Below, piece by piece: positions 52,779 through 64,000 of a DNA stretch of 64,000 nt. Under the pieces are notes generated by a model, which had not been told where the DNA came from, made no database searches, and saw only the letters and a program-made list of their open reading frames with translations. The translations under genes were made by a program, and so were the position numbers. The first letter of the stretch is position 1; each line of letters opens with the position of its first letter. This DNA is from Octopus vulgaris (Eukaryota): the NCBI GenBank assembly GCA_951406725.2, contig OX597815.1:160952001-161016000 (forward strand), given 5' to 3'.

Positions 52779-53120
52779 TTTTATGTGCCACCGACACAGG
52801 TGCCAGACGAGGCTGGCAGACGGCCACGCTCGGATGGTGTTTTTTATGTGCCACCGACACAGGTGCCAGACGAGGCTGGCAGACGGCCACGCTCGGATGG
52901 TGTTTTTTATGTGCCACCGACACAGGTGCCAGACGAGGCTGGCAGACGGCCACGCTCGGATGGTGTTTTCTTATGTGTCACCGACACAGGTGCTAGACGA
53001 GGCTGGCGGACGGCCACGCTCGGATGGTGTTTGTTACGTGCCCTCAGCACGGAGGCCAGTCATTGCGGTACTGGCTACGGTCACGTTCGGATGGTTTTCT
53101 TATGTGCCACCGGCACTGGT
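52779..53120. repeat. 63-bp tandem array inside a family-E element (4 near-identical units plus diverged ones)
   Basis: atgtgccaccgacacaggtgccagacgaggctggcagacggccacgctcggatggtgttttt starts at 52783, 52846, 52909 and 52973. Confidence 0.93.
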
Positions 53121-53441
53121 ACCACAAGGATACAAATTCCATTGATGTTCATCTATTTTGATTTGGTTCGATTTGATTTGATACGATTCGATATATATAT
53201 ATATAAAAATATATGCATGTATATAGGAATATATATATATATGTGCACATATATAAATGTGTACGTGTGTGTGAATGCATGTGTGTGTATGTATGCATGT
53301 TTTAATTGTAGTGTGAAAGTTAAATTGCCATAAAGGAATTGAATCTAAATAAATCATATGCTCTAGAACATAAATTGAGTACTCTTCCTCATTCATTTAT
53401 GAAGCACATCTGAACACACTGTAAGTGTATATGTGTGTGTA

Positions 53442-53484
<43 letters not shown>

Positions 53485-53655
53485 TACATCTATACACATA
53501 TAATCACACACTCATACATTCTTACAATATTTACTTATTCTCTTTTTATTTCTCACTCTTGTACTGTTGAAATGATATCCCAATTTGCATGTGAAGAACT
53601 GCCTTCCTTCCTTAAAACACAAGCTCTGTTCAGTACAAAACTGAAACTACTTGAA

Positions 53656-53688
<33 letters not shown>

Positions 53689-54351
53689 TATTTGTCTTCG
53701 AATCTAAGAAATGTAGTATTGATTTCTTTATTGTTTTGTTAAACTCTTTCTTTGGCACCAGTATGAATACATTGCCCGACATTTATCTTTTTGGTGCACT
53801 TTATATTTTACAGTCTCATTCATTGCAGCTTTATGCATTTGTTTAGTTTTTATTTTTAGTCTTTTTCTTGGTAGAGGGAAGGTTGGGCACAAATTGTAAT
53901 AAAAAGTGATAGAGAGAAATGTTCTTTATTTCATTCTTAGCTATTTTCCTATTCAAAATTTTTCCTTAACTTATTTGCTTTCACTTTCTCTTTCTCAGTC
54001 AGTCTGACTGTCTGCTTCTTTATCTAACTATTTCTCTGTCTATCTTTGTCTGTCTGACTGTCTGCTTCTTTCTTTCTCTCTCTCTCTCCCTCTCTGTCTA
54101 ACTATCTTTCCTTATCTGTCTGTCTGTCTGTCTATCTCATTCTCTCTTCACCATGGTTTTGTGATTATGAAGTTCACATCACAATTTTATACTCCCAGAA
54201 ACCAGTCCCACTGTATGAAACCGTGGGCAAGTGAGTCTGGTTCTGCAATCAATCTTGTTGGTGCAACTGGTTACCACAAAATTCTGCAGAAGTCTGTCAG
54301 AGGGACTGTAACTGTTGTTACATAGATCTCTTAATCCCTCACTCAGCTTAA

Positions 54352-54571
54352 CCCTTTTGATACCAACCAACCTACTGCCTTTGTATTTATGACACAGACT
54401 CCAGTCTTAAAGCTCTCTAAATCAAACCTTCCATCAAAATTTCGTGTTAATTTAGTTTCTGAACACCTGCTTGATAATGACAAGTCATTTTTTCATTAAA
54501 TCCTTACCTATTCAAAGAAATTAATAGAAACAAGTGCAGTATATTTCAACAGAGCTATGATAACAAAAGGG
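54352..54571. mobile_element. TTAA-type MITE
   Basis: TTAA-CCCTTTTGATA ... GATAACAAAAGGG; related sequence at about 27515-27790 and 23130-23780. Confidence 0.6.
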
Positions 54572-55462
54572 TATAAACCACTATATAGCTTTTAGGTGTC
54601 TTTAGCTTCTGACTAAGGTCTCCAGTCTGAGAATAACCTGACATAAATTCTTTGTTTCTTGTAGGAGTTTTAGAAGTCATGTCAAATCTTTGTGAGCACT
54701 GCCTTTTGTCTTACTATATTATATAAGGGAAAAGCAATTATCTTTCTCCTCATTTTCTCTCTCTCTCTCTTTCTCTTTTTCTTTCTCGCTCCATCTATCT
54801 ATCTATCTATCTCTGACTGTCTCCTTCTTTCTTTCTTTCTCTCTCTCTTCCTCTCTCTTTGAATAAAAACATAATTGTTTTGGTGTTAGGAAGGACATCC
54901 AGCCATACAAACCATGCCAAAACAGACAGCAGAGCTTCGTACAGTCTACTGACTTGCCAGTTACTTTCAAACTGTCCAGACATTACATGATGATGATCAT
55001 CATCATGATAATGATAATGACAAAATTTTGCTATAACAAAATGCTTGTTTAAATACTCATACTGTCAGTCCAGAGCATTTGATAAAATGCCTTACAGTAT
55101 TTCTTTGGGCTCTTTACATTTGGAACCCAAGCCACACTAAGATTAGCTTTCACCTTTTATCCTTTCAAGGTCAATGAAACGAAGTACTTGATATATAGTA
55201 CTTCATTAGATAGATCACTTAATCTATACTTCTGTCTCTCTTTCGCCTTCTCTGTCTGTCTGTCTGTCTGTCTGTGATACACGGTCCCTATTGATCGTCC
55301 TCACATTTTTTTGTTTTATTTTCACGATCCATTTTGATCAGAATTCGACCCACTTTTTTCTTCTTTGCTTTTTTTTCTTTTTTTTTTCTCTTCTTCCCAA
55401 AAGAAAAGCTCTACTTTGTATTTTATCCCTTCTGTGTTCAGCCCTGAGTGGCCAATAAAGAA

Positions 55463-55536
<74 letters not shown>

Positions 55537-56088
55537 ACCATGATTCTGACTCAAAAATTGTTGGCTTTGTGCCTAAATTAGAAACAGTTATTATTAATAT
55601 TACTATAAAGGCAGCAAGCTGGCAGATTCGTTGCATGCTGGGAAAAATGCTTTTTGACATTCCATTCATCTTTATGTTCTGAGTTCAAATTCTGCTGAGG
55701 GCGACTTTAGCTTTCATCTTTCAGGGTTGATAAAATAAGTTCTAATTTGAGTACTGAGATCAATGTAATTAACTAACCCACTCCCACCAAATTTCAGGCC
55801 TTTTGCCTAAAGTAGAAAGGATAATTATTATTTTCACATTGGACCGGCAGAATCATTAATGTGTCAGAAAAAATGACATGTGGTATTTGTTAAGGTTTTT
55901 TACATTCTCAATTCAAATTCTGCTGAAATTAAGCTTGCCTTTCGTTATTCTGAAACTGATAAAATAAGCTACAAGTCAAGTAGTTTATTGATGTTTCATC
56001 ATTGTTGTAACTTCTCCATGCTGCGTACCTAGCAAGGGGTCTGCTGCAAGCTGTCCAACTGGCTATAGCTATATGCTAAATGGTTTAA

Positions 56089-56293
56089 CCCTTTAGTGTT
56101 CAGATTACTCTGTTAAATGTAATACTTTTTCACTCAGATTGTTTTGAATTAATCATGCATTATCTTATAGATAATGCATGATTATCTTTAGAATGTCAAT
56201 GTAGGTTAGGTGTAAGAGGCTATATATCACTAATTTGAATATTAAACATGTAGAATATTTGGGTTGGATATGACCATTTTAAACACTAAGGAG
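56089..56293. mobile_element. TTAA-type MITE
   Basis: TTAA-CCCTTTAGTGTT ... AACACTAAGGAG-TTAA; reverse-orientation relative at about 39700-39914. Confidence 0.7.
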
Positions 56294-56697
56294 TTAAGAA
56301 CCATCTGAAGCCACTAAGGGGCATGTTCAACTGGTTAAGGTCAAGCAACTGATGAGCATGTTTTTTCTTGTCCATCTTTATTTTTGTGTTCAAATTCCAC
56401 TGAAGTTCACTTTGTTTCTTTCTTTCAAGGTCTATAAAATAAGTACTAGCTGAGCACTTGGGTTAACCTAATGATCATCCTCCTCCTTTTTGCCCAAAAC
56501 TAGAAAGAATTATCATTATTATCATTATTTTATTATTGCAAAGAACAATTTTTTGATTGAAGCTTTTCACTATCTATATGTACATGTCACAAATATTTGA
56601 TATATGTTGTAAGTAAAATTCATTGAGCAAATATAGTAATATATCTACTATTATGAGAATTACATTATAATCTACTTTTATAAATAATCTCTTACAG

Positions 56698-56789
56698 GCT
56701 GGGCATGTACGGCTGGAGAGGTGAAAAGAACTGTAAAGAAACAAAGCAAAAGATCAGATGAGTTAGTAACTGCAGGCCAGTGTGAACAG
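56698..56789 (+). other. Candidate 92-nt internal exon (unidentified gene or lncRNA)
   Basis: taatctcttacag|GCTGGG...GAACAG|gtaggt; one open frame WACTAGEVKRTVKKQSKRSDELVTAGQCEQ; no recognisable homology. Confidence 0.25.
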
Positions 56790-57121
56790 GTAGGTAGGTG
56801 TTTCATGTTATCTGATATAAGTGTTGAATGTTATACTGAAATTTTACACAGCTTAGCTGCTACAATGTTGTACTTGACTGCATTAACTAATGAGATTAGA
56901 TGATAGAGCTTTAAACTGTTGAAATCATCTTTTAAATGCTGCTGTGTCTTGAATACTAATAGATGCTTACATAAGTGTACATGCACATATATCGAAAAAG
57001 ACATGCATAAATAATTAGCGCACATTTCAACATAAACATATACACTCATGAGAGTATAGAAAGTGAGGGGAGGAGAGAGAAGTGAAGGATGGCAGAGAAT
57101 ATTAGAGAGAGAGGAAGAGAA

Positions 57122-57158
<37 letters not shown>

Positions 57159-57680
57159 CAGATAGATAGAAGGAGAGAGACATGTACAGACATACGAAAT
57201 GAAAAATGTGTGCATACAAAGAGAGAATCAGATGGGAATAAAATGTGAAAGAATGATAAAGACAGTCATAAATTGTGTGTGTGCATGTGTGTATGTGTGT
57301 GTGTGTGTATGTGCTTGTGTGTATGTGTGTGTGTTGTATGTGCATGTGTTTGCATGTATGTGTATGAGTAAAAGAGAGAGCGAGAGAGAGAGAGAAATGG
57401 GGAAAAAAGAAGAGTGAAAATGAGAAACTGAACAGAGAAAAAGAGATGAGTTTGTGCCAAATAAATATATTTTTTAACTACACTTGTGTACCTTTAGAAA
57501 TGTATACAAACATTCATAATGGCTATAGGCATGGGTGTATGGTTAAGAAGTTCACTTCAGAAACATTCAGTCAGGGGTTCAATCCCACTTCATGAACATT
57601 CTTGGCAGCTGTTGTATACTGTAGCTGTGAGTTGACCAATACCATACAGATGAAATTGGGGAAAAAGATATATATATATA

Positions 57681-58289
57681 CAAGAACAAGTCATACCATT
57701 CATAGTGACACACAACCCATGTCACCAGAATATCTTCAACATTGCCAAAGCAAACCTACCAATCATTGCCCAAAGTAATGAATTAAAAGACATAATCAAG
57801 GATCGAGCTATGGTGCTTAGTAAAAGACAGCCTAAAAACTTGAAAACATTACTAACAAAGGCAAAATTTGACCTCAGCAACAAAGACCAAACATTCACGG
57901 TATCTAAATGCAATGATAGCCGATGTGGCACATGCCAATTCATACATACCGGTCAATATATAAACACAAAAACCGGGAAAATATTCACAAACGCGAATAT
58001 GAACTGCAAAAGCAGAAATTTAATTTACTGCATCAAATGCCCAAATTGTGAAGAAATATATGTAGGTCAGACGGGAAACGCACTATTAGAACGCTCACGT
58101 GTACACCGGCAACAGATTAGAGACCCAGAGGTCCGTCAGATACCTTTGAGTAACCACCTAGCAACATGTGGTCGGAAAATATATATAATATTTCCATTCT
58201 ACAAATTACACAGCCCAAGTGAAATCGAGAGGAAAATCAGAGAAAAGAATTTTATTGATAAATTCGAACCCAAGCTAAATAAGCAATAA
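57681..58289 (+). CDS. Penelope-like element ORF, C-terminal part (Cys-rich linker plus GIY-YIG endonuclease), 5'-truncated
   Basis: Open frame from QEQVIPFIVTHNP through KRQPKNLKTLL, CNDSRCGTC, NCKSRNLIYCIKCPNCEEIYVGQT..LLERSRVH, to REKNFIDKFEPKLN*; typical of the PLE endonuclease; begins abruptly at a (TA)n tract. Confidence 0.88.
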   Translation, partial: QEQVIPFIVTHNPCHQNIFNIAKANLPIIAQSNELKDIIKDRAMVLSKRQPKNLKTLLTKAKFDLSNKDQTFTVSKCNDSRCGTCQFIHTGQYINTKTGKIFTNANMNCKSRNLIYCIKCPNCEEIYVGQTGNALLERSRVHRQQIRDPEVRQIPLSNHLATCGRKIYIIFPFYKLHSPSEIERKIREKNFIDKFEPKLNKQ

Positions 58290-58606
58290 TAATAATACTT
58301 AGAGGTATTACTTCCACTGCTACGACCATGACCACTAACAACAACAACAATACTAAAGGTGATCAAGACGAAGATAGCAGGAAAATTATCTTATTTAGGG
58401 TTAAAAGTTCTATTGCCACCACCATCACCACTAGCAACAATAATTAAGGTGCTGACAATGATGATGATGACAATTGAAATATAAAAATATAAAAATCTCT
58501 GACAAAGGATATTTACAACATTTCTAAAAATAACCCAACAATTGCTGCTTCGGCCAGGGTCAAGATACAGGACTCTTGACCTGTCCAACAAAGCGTGATG
58601 CCTAAA

Positions 58607-58720
58607 CCAATCAGCTCAACCAACCAATCAGCTTAAGTAATTGAGTGATACTACACACTGATTGGTCAGAATACAGTTTGCAAAACCTAGCACTCTGGAG
58701 CCTACCCAGCTGTATTTATA
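58607..58720 (+). promoter_or_regulatory. Putative pLTR promoter (CCAAT boxes plus TATA-like box)
   Basis: AACCAATCAG with CCAAT at 58607 and 58624, inverted CTGATTGG at about 58658-58665, TATTTATA at 58713-58720, about 60 nt upstream of the HHR. Confidence 0.45.
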
Positions 58721-58776
58721 GCACAGAATCACTATCTTGCTACAGTCAAAAATTGTGATGACTGTCAACACTACTA

Positions 58777-58821
58777 TGAACCCGAAGATTGCAGAATTCA
58801 ATGCATGAAAGTACTAGTTCA
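58777..58821 (+). ncRNA. Minimal type-I hammerhead ribozyme of the PLE pLTR (U4C core variant, palindromic stem III)
   Basis: TGAAC-CCGAAGA-T-TGCA(gaattcaa)TGCA-T-GAAA-GTAC-TA-GTTCA; stem III AGTACT is self-complementary. Confidence 0.72.
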
Positions 58822-58983
58822 ATCAGAATGAATATTTAACATTCTACTATTTCATTTTATTTTATTCAATTATAATATATTATCTTATAATATATCATTA
58901 TAAGATTGTAAATAAAACGTGAAAATCAGACAAGGTTGGAATTCTTTTTATTAATATATTCTTCTATACACAATCACACACAC

Positions 58984-58986
<3 letters not shown>

Positions 58987-59077
<91 letters not shown>
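58987..59077. repeat. (TA)n(GA)n microsatellite
   Basis: Directly visible. Confidence 0.95.
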
Positions 59078-59081
<4 letters not shown>

Positions 59082-59898
59082 TGTTGTTCACACGTACATG
59101 TTTGATTGATTGATTTTATATTTCTGTTTGCTGTACATTAAATGATGTTGCTGCTGATGCTATACATAAGCTTTTGGACCACATCTCCAGTTTGAGGATA
59201 CCATCCTCCCTTTCACTCTCTCTCCATTCTTCCCACCTGCCTCAGAAAATCTGAGAAGGGTCATTGATTCTGCCCTTCCACTCAAGCAAAAAACAAAAAG
59301 ACCTACACTCTGACTTTTGTTTATAAAACATAATCGGTTTTGTTCTAGGACAACTTTTTAGAGGAAAAGTGATATATTCCTTATAAGCCACTGGATGCAG
59401 AATTTCATGTATATACATTCTTTCATACAGGTTTATTCATTCTTGTTTGCTTCTAGGCAATATATTATGCCATTGTATTTGTATATGCATGCAAGGTGCA
59501 ATCTGTTTTTACATATATATATATATACTCATTTACTCTTTTACTTGTTTTAGTCATTTGTCTGTGGCCATGCTGGAGCACCGCCTTTAGTTGAGTAAAT
59601 TGACCCCAGGACTTATTCTTTGTAAGCCTAGTACTTATTCTACCACTAAGTTATGGGGATGTAAGCACACCAGCATCGGTTGTCAAGCAATGTTGGGGGG
59701 GGGGACAAACACACACACACACATATATACATATATACAACCGGCTTCTTTCAGTTTCCGTCTACCAAATCCACTCACAAGGCTTTGGTCGGCCCGAGGC
59801 CATAGTAAAAGACACTTGCCCAAGGTGCCATGCAGTGGGACTGAACCCGGCTGCATGTGGTCGGTAAGCAAGCTACTTACCACACAGCCACTCCTACA

Positions 59899-59936
<38 letters not shown>

Positions 59937-60949
59937 TACTTTCAATCATAGCTTTGTTCAATCTTATATACTTTCAGACAGACAGTTACACATGTTATTT
60001 GTACATGCATGCAAAATCAGTTCTCATAACTTAAATATTAGCTTCACTGATTTTGAGTAAAGTGAAAGCCAAGATCATCATCATCATTATCATCATCATC
60101 ATTGTCATCGGCACCAATGTTATCATCATCATCATCATCACCATTATCATTATTGCCACCAGCATCATCATTACTACCAATATTATCATCATCATCAACC
60201 CACCATCCTCCTCATCAACACCTCTACCAGCAGCAGCAACAGTAGCAGTACTACCATTATCATCAACATCAATTAATTTTTATACATATTCAGATTAGTT
60301 AATTGTTTATTATTACTGCTAATAGCCACCACACCTCTTATATGAACAAAAATTAATTACTATGATTTTTCAATATAAAGTGATTGATATTAAATAATCA
60401 TATAACAATTTAAGACTTAACAGAAACAGGTTTAATAACAGAAATTGATTCACATTTCTAACACATACTAGATAACAATGTTTACCAATTACTTCCAGAG
60501 CACCAGCCAATCTCAAGTTATTTATCATGGTCATGATCATCATCATTAACTTTCATCATCATCATCGCTTTAATGTTCACTATACCGTGCTTGCACACTT
60601 TTTTTTTGAGCCACTGAAGGACTTTGTATCAGTGCTATGCAGCCGGTATGCAGTAGAACACTGGTGTTCCATGAGATGATGCTAGATATGCTATGGTGTA
60701 ATTTGAAAGGCAACAGCTGATACAGCTTGGCACCTGTGACGTCGCAACTCATTTTTACAGCTGAATGAACTGGAACAACATGAAATAAAGTGTCTTGCTC
60801 AAGAATACAACATGCAGCCCGGTCTGGGATTTGAGCTCACAACCTCACGATCGTAAGCTTGTCACTCTAACCACTGAGCCATGCACCTTCGCCACCATAT
60901 TTAGTGGCTGTTTAAGCAAGGTGTTCATGGATGATTATTGGATTAGATG

Positions 60950-60988
60950 GTGTCTGATGAAGGAGAAAAAACTCTTGAAATATGGCAT
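60950..60988 (+). ncRNA. Decayed minimal hammerhead-like motif (H17 = G, predicted non-cleaving)
   Basis: GTGT-CTGATGA-AGGAG(aaaaaa)CTCTT-GAAA-TA-TG-GCAT. Confidence 0.45.
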
Positions 60989-62164
60989 ATATGCTTGTTA
61001 CACATCTTTTATCTTTGATCTCATTGTTTACATCTGACATCCCAGATATGAAATGTCATAACAAAATCACTATCTATAATTTCTAGAGAAAATCTGTAAA
61101 GATAACCTTAACAAATTATGATGAGGAGGATAAAAATGTGTGTCAATTGTTAGAAATAGCAGCCAATTCACCCTCAAATTACATTCCACTATCTGAAAAG
61201 AAAAAAAAAACTGACATATTGTGTCATATAGTATTTGTTATATTTTGTATGACAAAATATAAAAGAAAAATCATAATTATCTAGACTGGCTTGCTTTTGA
61301 TCATAGACCTGTCTGATCATGGTTGAAATTAAGTTACAATGAAAATTATGGTTAACTGGACACTGGACCTATTTGACAGAAAGCTAGAAACATCCATTAT
61401 AGTTCCACTAGCCAGTCTCGTCTTGTGATAGATTTGGTTCAGGTCAGTAAAATAGGACTGGAATTATTGGAGAGAATAATTTAAAGACCCACTTGAGACA
61501 ATCGCCTGCTTAGCAGATCAGGAAGTGTGAAGAGAAGTTATACAAGACACAAGAAAATGGTAGGAAGGCAATATGTATATGCGTGTGTATATATATATAC
61601 ACGCACACATGCGCACACACACATACATATATACACATACACACCTATATATACACACATACATATACATACATACACATACACGTATATATATATACAA
61701 TTGCACACATACACATGTATACACACACACACATATCCATACACACAGACACACACACATATCCATACACACAGACACACACACTCACACACACAAGCAT
61801 ATAAGTATTTATATGAGGAAGAACTACATGGGAAAGTGAGATAAGTAAGAACAAAAATACTGTTTCATTAAAAGTGAAGCAGAATAGGTTGTACTTAACA
61901 TTGGAGAGGAGATAAAGTTTGATAATAAATAAATCATACTGGCAGATGTGTAATTGAATGGAATATGGAAGGACATTTGGTGGACTCTGGAATGGAAATT
62001 GTAGAAGAGCTTGGATTAACTAAAGTTTAATCAGTATAACTATATTTAACAAAGGAATGGGTCTTATGGTTTAGATATATAAAAAAAGTGTGATGGATAG
62101 CTAAACTGAAATGTCCATTGAAGTATAAATGGTACCTATATGAGCATACATAAAAGGAATAGAG

Positions 62165-62165
<1 letters not shown>

Positions 62166-62226
<61 letters not shown>
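62166..62226. repeat. (GATA)n microsatellite
   Basis: Directly visible. Confidence 0.95.
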
Positions 62227-62227
<1 letters not shown>

Positions 62228-63102
62228 GGGAGAGGGTGAGAGAGAGAGAGAGGGAGATAGCAGTATGTTATAACTGAGATATGCAGGTTATCCAGTTAAA
62301 ACAAAGAAAAAATTATTTTGTTGTACAATCACTATCAACTTTTGTATTCACTTTTTCATGCTAACAAGGGTTGGACAGTTTTTTTTTCTCAAACTATGTT
62401 TTATGGCTGGATGCTCTTTCTCTCCCCAAACTTTTTATTCATTTTCAATGACAATTATTTTCAATCCAAGATACACATGATAAGTCATTTAGATGTTGAA
62501 TACTTACTGGAAATTACAAAGTAAAGTATTGATTGTCAGATTAATAGGCTGTTAATGTTAGGACTAGCTGAAGAAATTCTGTTGTGATCTGAATTTCCTT
62601 GAACTATGACAGTCACCTAGGGTGAAAACAAACCAAAGAATCATGGCTTCAGTTTTGAAAATCATATGCATAAAAATTAACATGGTTGAATGACTAGTTT
62701 TAATATTAGAAAATAATCACAAAAGATACATAGGGATTATTTGTATGGGCTGTCCCAGTGTGGAAAAATATGCATGATAAAGAGGAGAAACTGACTTCAA
62801 TCATTATCATCATCATCATCGTCATTATTTTATTTCAATTTTCCATGCTTGCATGAATCAGACAGAATTCATTAAGGCAGATTTTCTACAGCCAGGAGCC
62901 CATTTTGTCACCATTTTCAAGTAAGGCAATATTTTACTATGGCCAAGTATGTTTTCACAGAATATTGGAGACACTACTTATATTACATTGACACTTGTTT
63001 ACATCTATCATGCAATGTCAATGCAAAGAAATAATAACACACACACACACATGCATAACACACACATACACACACACAAGTGTGCATGCACAAACATACA
63101 TA

Positions 63103-63145
<43 letters not shown>

Positions 63146-63320
63146 TATATATGTATATGTATAATTAATAAAAACAACAGCTTGTAATGTTTCACCAAAA
63201 AGAAGAATTACAAATGTCACTAAATGCAACTAGGATGTTAGGAAGCACCTACATTGCTAGAATGAAGAGCTAAACTGCTCTAATGATGTAGTTAGTGCAA
63301 ATGAATAAAAGTATATACAC

Positions 63321-63830
63321 TAACAGGGAACATAATTGTCCAAAAAATGCCAATCGAGAATTCTTAATACGGACGTGTCAGTTTTGACAATTTCTCTTGC
63401 CACATCAGTTAAGACAGCTCAACTTGGTTCTCTCTGGACTTGCTTTACCATTAGGATCTATGTTTTCATCATCCAAATAATTGGATGGTTTAGCAATTCA
63501 CTAATATGTATATATAAAATTAACAGGGACCATAATCATCGGAAAAGTACCGATCAAGAATTCTTAATACTGACATGTCAGTTTCAACAATTTTGGCAAT
63601 CAATGCACTGGGCCCTATATTATTTATTGACAGCAAGCTATAACTTAGATCAAAATTGGGCCTCTAGACCATGAAGTTGCCAGGCAAGTCAGGGTACTGG
63701 GCCCTATAATTTTTATTTACAGCAAACCATGGCATAGATTAGAATTAGGCCCCTAGACTCATGAGGCTCTCAGACGATTATCCAGTGTGCCCATGTGGTA
63801 CCAGTTTGGACAATTGCATAAATACTCTGT
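63321..63830. repeat. Old element with two sets of internal direct repeats (possible DNA transposon relic)
   Basis: 63321-63393 resembles 63521-63594 (period about 200); 63606-63690 resembles 63693-63780 (period about 87); AATTGTCCAAA near the left end is mirrored by TTTGGACAATT near 63805. Confidence 0.5.
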
Positions 63831-64000
63831 GATTCATTTGCACTGATTGCAATTGGTGGAAGTAGTTGAATATTAGTTTAAAATTGTTGAACAAAACAAT
63901 TACAGGAAAGAGAGAAACTGGTGAAGAGTGTAAGCAAAAACAGAATACAATGCTTTCTGCCCAGGCATGGTTGTGTGGTTTAGAAGCTCATTTTGCAACC

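Larger units (their letters stand above)
57681..58985 (+). mobile_element. 5'-truncated Penelope-like retroelement inserted in a (TA)n tract within a SINE
   Basis: EN ORF followed by about 700 bp 3' region with HHR; flanked by (TA)n on both sides; family-B SINE head at 57527-57670. Confidence 0.82.

Noticed and set aside
52645-53333. Repetitive ORFs or a CRISPR-like array
   Set aside because: Frames stay open because the unit is 63 bp; units are near-identical with no unique spacers, there are no cas genes, and the context is a eukaryotic SINE
62568-62600. CTGAAGA plus AATTC/GAATT stem
   Set aside because: No GAAA after stem II

Overview
AT-rich, repeat-saturated eukaryotic non-coding DNA (intronic or intergenic). 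The tRNA-derived SINE families and microsatellite load look like an octopus/cephalopod genome (inference from recognisable repeats). No intact host gene was found, and almost all entries in the ORF track are microsatellite or SINE artefacts. The only convincing coding segment is a 5'-truncated Penelope-like element (PLE) GIY-YIG endonuclease (57681-58289), followed by a pseudo-LTR with CCAAT/TATA motifs and a minimal hammerhead ribozyme (HHR) fold. Manual folding found about nine type-I minimal HHR-like motifs of several unrelated sequence families on both strands, mostly decayed. Several have palindromic stem III or non-canonical cores, and several lie next to (TA)n/(TAA)n tracts or long palindromes. 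Other content: decayed R4/Dong-like RT, CR1-like and RTE LINE 3' ends (the RTE copy has a twin-priming-type inversion with a 10-bp TSD), a Tc1 transposase end, hAT-, Tc1- and TTAA-type MITEs, at least five SINE families with nested insertions, a 63-bp tandem array inside a SINE, and several long inverted repeats. SINE entries list representative copies only; most repeat boundaries are approximate.
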